A DNA stretch of 62,908 nt, the filler included, from Reclinomonas americana ATCC 50394 (Eukaryota), in the NCBI GenBank assembly GCA_048213135.1. It is 9 parts of 8 records of this genome, joined end to end, with 100 filler letters (N's around TTAATTAATTAA, not from the genome) between each part and the next. Parts side by side here need not be neighbours in the genome. Positions count along the whole stretch, not along the records: positions 1 to 19,134 come from PS015948.1; positions 19,235 to 30,778 come from PS015949.1; 7 more parts are not named here. One strand, given 5' to 3'. Positions 12,589 to 22,700 of the stretch are shown piece after piece. A program made the position numbers and the translations under genes. A model generated the notes under the pieces. It was given only the letters and a program-made list of their open reading frames with translations. It ran no database searches and was not told the DNA's origin. Numbering within the stretch: the first letter of the stretch is position 1; each line of letters opens with the position of its first letter.

Positions 12589-13677
12589 TCACCAATGCAG
12601 ATCGGGATCCGTGTGGCAGCGGAACAGCACCACTTCCGCCTCCTCCACAATGAAACAGCGAAGCACCATCTCCGGCAGGCATCGCGACTCCAGCTCTTCA
12701 TCTTCTTCCTGCTGGTGCTGAACCTCCTGTACAGCCTGCATGGCCAGTCGGGCTTCGTGTAGCTCGCACTGAGCGAGACCACACGGCGAGGACCACACCC
12801 GCACCGTGTTGTCATACGCGCCGCTCACGATGCACTGACCATCGAGAACGGCAGCGACGAAGAACACAGTGTCAGTGTGTCCCTCCAACTTCATTACCTC
12901 GTCTCCGCTCGCCAGCGACCACACTCGCACGGTCCTATATTCGCCGCCGCCCACGACGTGTTGACCGTTGGGAGTGACGGCAATACAAAAGACCCACTCA
13001 AAGCGTCCCAGCACACGCCGCACTTCTTCGCCAGTCTCCATCGACCACACTCGAACCGGGTCGTTATCGCCGCCACTCACGACGTGCCGACCATCGGGAG
13101 TGACAGCAACACCCCTGATGCACTCGGCGCATGCACTCATTCGTCGCACCTCCTCACCAGTCTCCAGCGACCACACGCGAACCGTGTCGTCGCTGCTTCC
13201 ACTCACCACGTACTGTCCATCGGGAGTGACAGCGACACAATGGACTGCCAACATGTGCCCCTCCAGACAGCGTATCTCCTCCCCCGACAGAGACCACACT
13301 CGAATCGTGTTGTCGTGACTTGCACTCACGGCGCGCAGACCATCGGGAGTGACGGCAACAGACCGCACTGCTCCAGTGTGCCCCACGAACTGTCGCACTT
13401 GCTGGCCACTCGCAAAGGACCACACGCACACTGTCTTGTCTGCGCTTCCACTGATAATGTGCTGGCTGTCGGGAGTCACTGCCACCGAATGTACCTCACT
13501 CGTGTGTCCCTCCATTCGGCGCACATGTTCTCCACTCGCCAGTGACCACACCCGCACGGTCTTGTCCACGGAACCAGTCACAAAGTGTCGCAGGTCGGGG
13601 GCGACAGCCACACAGAGCACGAGGTCGGTGTGCCCCAGCAGGCAATTGTGAGAGCGTGAGAAAGTGGTGCGCGACAT
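12589..13677 (-). CDS. Stand-alone 7xWD40 protein with conserved C-terminal helical motif (WD-small A)
   Basis: Intronless ORF from ATG 13677 (MSRTTF...) with 7 repeats of the VAVTPDG..VSGS.D.TVRVWSLASGE type. The tail ...RCLPEMVLRCFIVEEAEVVLFRC is homologous to the tail of 25446..26528. Confidence 0.85.
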   Translation of the reverse strand: MSRTTFSRSHNCLLGHTDLVLCVAVAPDLRHFVTGSVDKTVRVWSLASGEHVRRMEGHTSEVHSVAVTPDSQHIISGSADKTVCVWSFASGQQVRQFVGHTGAVRSVAVTPDGLRAVSASHDNTIRVWSLSGEEIRCLEGHMLAVHCVAVTPDGQYVVSGSSDDTVRVWSLETGEEVRRMSACAECIRGVAVTPDGRHVVSGGDNDPVRVWSMETGEEVRRVLGRFEWVFCIAVTPNGQHVVGGGEYRTVRVWSLASGDEVMKLEGHTDTVFFVAAVLDGQCIVSGAYDNTVRVWSSPCGLAQCELHEARLAMQAVQEVQHQQEEDEELESRCLPEMVLRCFIVEEAEVVLFRCHTDPDLHW

Positions 13678-13934
13678 GCGACAAGGGAGAGGGATGAAGG
13701 GAGAGAGGGAGGGAGGGAGAGGGAGGGAGAGGGAGAAGGGAACGCGAAGGGAAATGCGTGCTTGAGAGTCGCTTGAGAGACAGTGGAAAATGAGATGGGA
13801 CGACACGCGCGCTGTCCGTTTTCGCGACGTCGGCTTATCGCTCGGCTGAGGAAGCCACTGGTTCTGCTGTTGGGTGATAACAGTTACGAACTGGACGCGT
13901 GTGAGACAAGGACAAGACTTTTTACTGAATAAAA

Positions 13935-14380
13935 GCGTGGCTTCGCGCAGCGGAAAGTGTCGAGGCACTCACCGTTGCGTACCCGAAGGACGAGGGAGGC
14001 GTTGCAAAAGGCGTACGACCAAGCTGGCTGTGTACTCGGAGCTGGTGGAGAAGATCCGGGCGCACACTGGAGCGGCTGTTACGTACGTGCCGATTGTTTT
14101 CACTCAAGTTGGCTCGTGTGCGCAAACTACCCGGGCGTCGTTGAAGAAGATGGGCATCGAGAGCGGCCAATTGCGCCGAGTGGTGGACCGGTGCTGCGTG
14201 GAGATCCTGCGGGCGGACTATGCGATGTTCGCTTCCGCTGTGCAGGCGGCAAGCCGGCTCAAGCAAACAATCCACCACCCACAGCAGCTGCGCTGCAGCC
14301 CCAGGGCAACTGAAACCATCGCGTCGCTACTGCAGCACCCAGCTTCAACGAATTCAGCGTCTGCTTTCGAATTCGAATGA
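13935..14380 (+). mobile_element. Degenerate 3' fragment of an REL-endonuclease non-LTR retrotransposon
   Basis: Across three frames it reads VE(A)LTVAYPKDE / EALQKAY / TKLAVYSELVEKIR...VTYVPIVFTQVGS...SLKKMGI. This matches the E-(L)TV...K..KY...P(h)..G pattern of R2/NeSL/CRE-type restriction-like endonucleases. Confidence 0.55.
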
Positions 14381-14482
14381 AGGCAAGGAGGGAGGAATTC
14401 GAGAATCAAGAGTTGTCCTGTGCAAAGAAAACACTTACAAGTTCGAGTAGCAGCAAAGCTTGCGTTCCTTCACTTCCCCCGC

Positions 14483-16088
14483 TCACAACTTGCTCCCCAA
14501 ATCCAGCGTCGCCGCATACTCCTCCTCGGTAAACGACAGCAGTCGCGCGGCCTCCACGTGAATCTTTTGCCGCTTGAGAATGTCGATGAGCTTCAATTGC
14601 TTGCCGAATGCCGAGGTGAGCTCCTGCTTTTGGCGTTGCAGGCGGGTGATCTCCGACTGCATGCGCTCCTTTTGCTTGCGGAATTGAATGGCTTGCTCTT
14701 GTGCCTGGAGTTGGGGAAGGAGGGGTGAGCACGAAAGGGCAACGAGAGAGGCAGGATGAAAGGGTGGCCAGACCTCCTCCTTGGCCTTTCGCGCCTGCTG
14801 CTTACATCTCTCGACCTCCTCCATGGCGCGAGTGAGACGCACGTCCTTGGTGGCGGCCTCGTTGTCGACTTGTCGTTGTGCGCGCTCGAGGGTGTCGAGC
14901 TCGCGGCGCATGGTGGCCATCTTAAGAAGGGGATGGGTGATGTGAGGGAAGGAGAAGGGTGAACGGTGAACGGAGCAGAAGGTTGCAGAAAAGGAGAGAC
15001 AAAGGAGTCAGGCAAAGAGGACAGGGCGAAAGTAGGATAAAGACAGCGAGAGAGAGAGGGAGCGAGGAGAGCAAAAGGCGGGCACTCCCAAGACACGGCA
15101 GTTAGAAACGCATGAATAATCGAGCATGAGGGTGAGAGAGCGAGAGAAGGGAACGATACACAGTCAAAGCGCCAGCAAAAGCACAAGACACAAGAGACAG
15201 AAAGAATGACGAGGAAACAGTGAAAGATCTCAGCGTCGGAGAACACACACGGATTGTGTAATTGTACCGGGAGTAAAAATGTGACACCAAGAGAGGGAGC
15301 GAGGCAGAAACATCGAGAGGGCGAGAGATCACGAGGCAGAAACACGAAGAGAAAACAAGAAAGACAGTGTCAGAGAGAGAGAGAGAGAGGAGAGGAGAGG
15401 AGAGAGAGATGAGAGACATCGTGATGGGAGATGGAGGAACATCGAGAAAGCATAGTGAATAACATTGTGAGGGAGAAAGACACAGAGCAATCAAGAGAGA
15501 ACAGAGATGACAACACAGAAACAGAGACATCGTGAGAGACGATAGAAAGACAGAGAGGGAGTCTGAGAGACAGTGACATCGAAAGAAAGATACAAGTGAT
15601 ATCAAAGGAGAAAAGAAAGCGAGGAAACATAAAACAAAGTTAGAGGGACAGCGAGATGGAAAGAGAGAGAGAAAGACAGTGACATCGAGAGAGAAGAGAT
15701 AGATTGAAAGGGAGGAGGAGAAAGACAGGCAATGAGAGAAAGAAGTCACGGAAGAATCGAGACGCATAGAGCGAGAGGGAGAGAGAGAATAACAGTGACA
15801 GCTAGAGAAAGGAAAGGCGTCGAAAAAGAACACAGAAGCAGAGACAGAGAGATGGAGAGAAGAACAGACAGTGTTACAAGACAGAAAGAAATAAAGCGAG
15901 AAACGAAAAGGGAGAAATAACAGAGAGAGATAGAGAGAGACGGCAAGACAGAAAGCAAGACAGTGACAGCAAGCAGAAAGAAAGACAGAGACAGCAAGAG
16001 AAAAAAAGCATCACAAAGGAACACACAAGCAGAGATAGATGGAGAGAGAAATAGACCGAGTTATCAGACAGAAAGAAAGAAAGTTAAC

Positions 16089-16140
<52 letters not shown>

Positions 16141-19065
16141 ACGAAGAAGAAAGAAAGAAGAAGAAGAGAGAGAGAGAGANNNNNNNNNNNNNNNNNNNNN
16201 NNNNNNNNNNNNNNNNNNNNNNNNNNNNNNNNNNNNNNNNNNNNNNNNNNNNNNNNNNNNNNNNNNNNNNNNNNNNNNNNNNNNNNNNNNNNNNNNNNNN
16301 NNNNNNNNNNNNNNNNNNNNNNNNNNNNNNNNNNNNNNNNNNNNNNNNNNNNNNNNNNNNNNNNNNNNNNNNNNNNNNNNNNNNNNNNNNNNNNNNNNNN
16401 NNNNNNNNNNNNNNNNNNNNNNNNNNNNNNNNNNNNNNNNNNNNNNNNNNNNNNNNNNNNNNNNNNNNNNNNNNNNNNNNNNNNNNNNNNNNNNNNNNNN
16501 NNNNNNNNNNNNNNNNNNNNNNNNNNNNNNNNNNNNNNNNNNNNNNNNNNNNNNNNNNNNNNNNNNNNNNNNNNNNNNNNNNNNNNNNNNNNNNNNNNNN
16601 NNNNNNNNNNNNNNNNNNNNNNNNNNNNNNNNNNNNNNNNNNNNNNNNNNNNNNNNNNNNNNNNNNNNNNNNNNNNNNNNNNNNNNNNNNNNNNNNNNNN
16701 NNNNNNNNNNNNNNNNNNNNNNNNNNNNNNNNNNNNNNNNNNNNNNNNNNNNNNNNNNNNNNNNNNNNNNNNNNNNNNNNNNNNNNNNNNNNNNNNNNNN
16801 NNNNNNNNNNNNNNNNNNNNNNNNNNNNNNNNNNNNNNNNNNNNNNNNNNNNNNNNNNNNNNNNNNNNNNNNNNNNNNNNNNNNNNNNNNNNNNNNNNNN
16901 NNNNNNNNNNNNNNNNNNNNNNNNNNNNNNNNNNNNNNNNNNNNNNNNNNNNNNNNNNNNNNNNNNNNNNNNNNNNNNNNNNNNNNNNNNNNNNNNNNNN
17001 NNNNNNNNNNNNNNNNNNNNNNNNNNNNNNNNNNNNNNNNNNNNNNNNNNNNNNNNNNNNNNNNNNNNNNNNNNNNNNNNNNNNNNNNNNNNNNNNNNNN
17101 NNNNNNNNNNNNNNNNNNNNNNNNNNNNNNNNNNNNNNNNNNNNNNAGAGAGAGAGAGAGCGTGACAACAGAGAAAGAAAGAGAACAGTGACAGTGAGAG
17201 AGAGGAGAGGGATCAAGAGGGAGGAAGAGAAACAGAAAGACAGTGACATCGAGAGAGAAAAGACACATATCTAGAGGGAGATAAGAAAGCTAAGAATCTA
17301 CGAAGACAGCTTGAGAGAGGAATCGAGAAGAAAATGGTGCCCACAAATATCATCTCCACGAGAGTCAGAGACCATCCTCCAAGCCTTCCCTTCTCCGCCC
17401 TCCCCCTTCTCCGCCCTCTCCCTTCTCCACTCTTCCCCTTCTCCGCCCTCCCCCTTCTCCACCCTTCCCCTTTCAACCCTTCCCCTTCTCCGCCCTCCCC
17501 CTTCTCCACCCTTCCCCTTCCCCACCCTCCCCCTTCTCCACCCTTTCCCTTTCAACCCTTCCCCTTTTCCTTTCCCCATCTCCCACTCACCGCCGCCCTC
17601 ACATCCTCCACCTCCCTCTCCGCATCCACGCGCTTCTGCCTCTCCTTCTCGATCTTGCCCTCCAGCGACTGCGCGGCCTTGGCGTGCTTCGTGACCTCCT
17701 CCTGCAGCTCGCGAATCAGCTGCTTCTGCTCGTTCACGGCGTCCTCGCGCTCCTGCAGCTGCGTCAGCGCCAGGTGAATCTCCTCCTCCAGGGCGGCGAC
17801 GCGAGCACGCTGGACGCGGAGTTCCACGGGCGTGGTGAGGTCGCTGCCGGTCGCCACCGTGGTGGCCGGGGACGGCAAGTAGGACGACGAGGGTGGCTGG
17901 TCGATGAGGGGCGTGCTGGCCGTCATTGTGGTCGCCGAGGAGCCGTACTGTGACGGGGTCAGGGGTGGGGGGCCGAAAGAGGAGGATGAGGAGGAGCCGC
18001 CGCCGGTGGTGGTGGTGGTTGTTGTTGTGAGGGTGGCGTTGCTGGCGGGTGGGGTGGTGAGGCGGGTGCCGGAGGAGCTGCCGGAGCGGGTGGCGGAGGC
18101 CATGGAGGAGAGGCTGGCCACGGAGTCCTGCTGTTGGGGGGGAGGAGGACGGAAAGTGAGGTGAAGAGAAGGGGGAGGGGGGAGAGACGGAATGGATGGA
18201 GAGACGAAAGAGAGGATACCGACAGAGCAGAGACAAAACAGAAAGTGAGAGGAAGAGAGGAAGGAATGAAGAAAGGAGACGAAAGAGACGAAAACGACAG
18301 AGCAGAGACAACACAAAATGTGACAGGCGGGATGAAAAAAGGAAACGAAGAGGAAAGAATAATGAGAGAGGACACAGAAAAGACGAACAACGAGAGATGA
18401 GCAGACAGGGAGAAGGGCTTGAGGCACCGACGGGAGAGAGCGACAGAGATTCAAAAGGTATTAAACCTGGAGGACAATTGCTTCAAAAATAAGGGGGCGA
18501 GTGCGTGAGTGAGAGAGTGAGAGGATAGAAATGGCGGAAAGTGAATGCGTCGCGAAAGGTAGCGACATGGAGAATGAGGGAACAGCGAAGAGATGGAGAT
18601 AACAAGAGGTGAGGTCGACAAACAGGCCAGCAGAACAGCAGACACAGAGAGAGGGCAATTTCTCTCTCGCTTGCTCTTTTCCATACTCAACTTCACGTGG
18701 TCCACCTCGCGACCCACTGCGCGACGATCCTCGCGATGCCGAGTATCCCGACGCGGTGCCGCTTGACGACTCCTGTTCCCGCTGGGAGACAAGAACAAGA
18801 GATTCAGCAACAGAGGCGACAAGAGCGACCAATGGGACGAAAGTGGAGAGGAAAATGATGTCGAGCTTCCCAGAGAGTATGATGGATTGCGACGATAGCG
18901 ACGACTTCTTCATCGCCTGAATCACGCACACACGCTCAAGAATAGAGAGAGCAAGAGAGAGGGATAGGGATAGACAGAGAGAGAGAGACAGAGAGCGAGA
19001 GAGAACGAGAGAGACAGAGAGCGAGAGAGAACGAGAGAGACAGAGAGCGAGAGAGAACGAGAGAG

Positions 19066-19103
<38 letters not shown>

Positions 19104-19336
19104 GAGACGAGGAAGTAGGAAGACGACGAAGAGANNNNNNNNNNNNNNNNNNNNNNNNNNNNNNNNNNNNNNNNNNNNTTAATTAATTAANNNNNNNNNN
19201 NNNNNNNNNNNNNNNNNNNNNNNNNNNNNNNNNNCGTAATAGTGTACCGACGAAGGAAACGAAACGAAAGACCGTCGTCGTCGTACGGTCCGAACGGACG
19301 GGACGAGTACGGTACGTACGACGAGACCCACCTACT

Positions 19337-19380
<44 letters not shown>

Positions 19381-19517
19381 CACACACCCACTCTCTCCTT
19401 GTCTCTCTCACACAACAGAGAAATCGAATGAGAATGAGGCATACCTCCTCGCGATGGGAGTCGCGCAACAGGAGATGATTCCATGAGGCTTTCGTCGATG
19501 CTATCGCCACTGCTCAT
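14483..19517 (-). CDS. TEX9: TEX9-like coiled-coil (centriolar/ciliary) protein, multi-exon
   Basis: The C-terminus KQELTSAFGKQLKLIDILKRQKIHVEAARLLSFTEEEY matches the TEX9 signature as I recall it. DVRLTRAMEEVERCK and ELRVQRARVAALEEE also fit. Exons at about 14483-14707, 14773-14925, 17590-18130 and 18670-18920; probable first exon 19517-19445 (MSSGDSID...|GTATG). Confidence 0.8.
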
Positions 19518-19773
19518 TGTTTGTTGGAGAGAGAAGGGATAAGAGATGATGAGGAAATTTCCCGCGTGAACTAGCCGTTGGATAGTTTTTGCATGCAACG
19601 AAGAGATGTGTTGGTGCAAGTAAAGTTGTCACAGAAACATTTGCTGTCCCCTCTTCCCGGATTGCCGTGGCTTGCAACGGTCGCTGTCACTCAAGAAACC
19701 CACCAGCATTGTGACAACTTGATTGACGGGAATTTCTTGTGAAACGCGACTGACAACAGAACACGCGCGCACA

Positions 19774-22700
19774 ATGTCGGTGTGTGCTTGCCTTCTCTCT
19801 TTTTCCTTCCTCCCTGCGCTCACTGTTCCTTGTTTGTGCGACAGTTCTCTGTTCCAGTGAGTGCGGCGCATGATTCATCGCTGTCGGTGGTGGTGGTGGG
19901 CATGTCGGCCATGTCCACTCTCGCGGAGTTGCTGCGCGAGGCCACCCGCTTGCTGCGTGAGAAGAGTGGAGACGAGGGAGTGGAGATTGTGGGGGTGGAG
20001 AAGCCGATGGCATTCGACTTGGAGGATGCGAGTGTGACGAAGTTGAGGACTCTGGGCATTGACGCATCCACTCATCTTGCCGTTCGTGTGGAACGTGGCG
20101 TGGCGCTGCCGAGTACGCGGTGCGTGTGTGAGTTGGGAGGAGACAGAGATAATGTACTCAACTGTGTGTCATATGTGCAGAAAACACAAGCGCGTGGCAT
20201 TGCTCATTGGCAACTCATGCGACGGTGATGGAGAGTATGGGCTGCTGAGGAACCCGCCGCATGATGTTGGTGCGTTCGTAGGTGCCCGTGAGCAAGTTTC
20301 CAAGCTTATACTCTGTTGTCTCCTCGCTCGCACTCACGCACTCGCCCCTCTCTGCCGCCCTCCGTCCACGCACAGCTCTCTTGCAGCCAGTGCTTGAAAA
20401 CGTTGAATTCCACGTCTGCGTGTTTGTCAATGTGAAAGGCGATCACATGAACTCGGTTCTTGATGACTTCGTGCGAGGCGAGGTGAACGAGCAGTGCGAG
20501 TGCGTGCTGTTGTTCTTCTCTGGTCACGGGCTGGCAATTGACGAAGACATGTTGCTCCTCCCGAGCGATGCTAACCACGTCTCCGGGGCTCGTCTGGTTA
20601 GTATTGCCATCGCGCTGTTTGCTTCTGGCAGTAATGTTTACCAGCGATATTTTGTGCAGGAGAGCGGTGAGAAATCAGTGACACTCGTCGGGTATTGCAT
20701 GAACCAACTGCGGCGAAAGACGTCGAGGCGCACGGTGTTGATCTTGCTGATGAACTGCTGCCGTTCCATCGCCAGGTGCGTACGCGAGTGTTGTCAGCTA
20801 GGCGCATGCCTATTTAGTCTCACTCTCTTCTGCGCTCGAATACAGTTCACAACCGCGGACTGTCGCTCCGATTGATGAAAGAGTATTAGCGGAGAACGTG
20901 TTCGTTGGATTCGCGTGTTACCACGGCTGGCAAGCACACGAGGGTGGTGAGTGGCGTGTAATGTGGTCTATCTGTTGATTGCTGCTCTCACGAAACCCCT
21001 TGTCGGATTTCCAGAGATGACATCGCCATATGTGCGGGCTCTAATTGAAGGAATCCAGAAGCACGGTTACTTGCCACTTCCTGCTTGGCACGAGCAAGTT
21101 AAGCTTTTGTTACCAGATATGCGACAGGAAGAACAAGAGCAGGAAGCCCTACATCGATATCGCCTGTTAGCACAGGAACTCGATGAGTTCCGTTTGAGCT
21201 TACGTCCAGGTAAGCCACTGTGCGGTCTTTTCTGTTACACTTACATCGGAGATGACTGCTGACTGCCACGTGTCACAGGCATTCACGCTTTGTGTCACCG
21301 TGAGCTCTCGTTCTACCAGCACGACGAGAGTGTGTGCAAGGACATGCAGATGTACGTGCCACTGCTGTGCTCACGTGATCGTGACGTCTCCTCGAGTGAC
21401 AAGATGATGGATCTGTTGATGGAGGTGGATGCTTTCCTCTCCGACGTCAACACCACCCAGCGCGTGCTGGTGCTCTTTGGCAACAGCGGCGCCGGTAAGA
21501 CCACCACTATGTCAGTGCTGGCCGAGCGAGCATGGCGACAGTGGCAAACGAGGGAGAGCAGACGAGTGCCTGTGCGTGTCCCACTCGGTGCTCTGCGCAA
21601 TGCCGATGAGCGATTGTTGGAGGAGGCACTGGAGCGACTGTCGCCCGAGTTGGGTTTGGAGTCGGACGTGCGACGGCTGAAGGAGGAGTCACTGCTGTTA
21701 TTGCTCGACGGGTACGATGAGCTGTACCGCGGTGTGAATCTGTTTGTCAAAAACCAGCTGGATGTGTGCCGCGATGTAAAGGTGATTATCACCTGTCGAA
21801 CTGATTACGCACTGACGGCACTGGGAGGCGTGACGCAGTATCGACGGTACTTTGCACCAGTGGATGCACGGGGACAGTTAAGTATGCATCAGCTGATGGA
21901 GCAATACATTGCACCGTTCAACAAGAAGCAGATTGCGGAGTACTTTGAGCGACTGGTGCGAGTAGGTGATGATGTTGATGATGAGGTGCGATGGTCGACA
22001 GCCGAGGAGTACATTCGTGCACTGAAGAGTGTGCATGGACTGGATGCACTGGTGTCGAATCCGTTCCTGTTGGCAGTTGTGGCTCGCGTGTTGCCGCGAT
22101 TGGTGGCGAGTGGCGTGCAACGACCGACTCGGTGTGATGTGTTTGACCGGTTCATTCGACAGTGGATTGGGAGGGAGCAGGAGAGGCAGACGCGTCTTGG
22201 TGCAGAACGTGTGCCGAGTGAAGAGAAATGTCTAGCATTCTGTGAGGGACTGGCACGGTTGATGCACGAGGGGAATGTGGTGCGTGTGTCTGTGTCGGAG
22301 AGTCGATCAGGTGATGATGGGGAGGAGGATGACTTTGGTGGTGCGCCTCTCCCCTTGCGACGAGTGGAGGAGGGACCGTATGGCAAGTTCCTTGGTCACA
22401 AGAACCAGCATGTGCGAGTGTGCTGTCCGATTGTGCGACGGTATGGGACGACGCAGTGGGGATTTGTGCACCTGTCGTTGCTGGAGCACTGTATGGCACG
22501 GCATGTGTTTGCATGGGAGACATGGGATGACGACAGGAAGATGACAGTGCAGGATGTGCAGCAGCATGTGTTGGCTGTGCGATTGCTGAACGACAGACCA
22601 TCGTTGGTGGAGCAGATGGCCGAGGTGGTGAGGCGGTCTCCTGCACTGCAAGCGAGACTGTGGGAGGTGATTGAGATGTCACGAGAGGTGGATGAGGAGC

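Noticed and set aside
19179..19190. Palindromic TTAATTAATTAA recurring between N runs (also about 30823, 35191, 45458, 56117, 58649, 60273, 61832)
   Set aside because: Always embedded in fixed-length N blocks with stops in all frames, so it is an artificial contig linker and not biology.
19728..19737. GGGAATTTCT, resembling an NF-kB site upstream of NLR copy 2
   Set aside because: A single imperfect 10-mer, not conserved in the copy 1 homologous segment, and no evidence of NF-kB in this organism.
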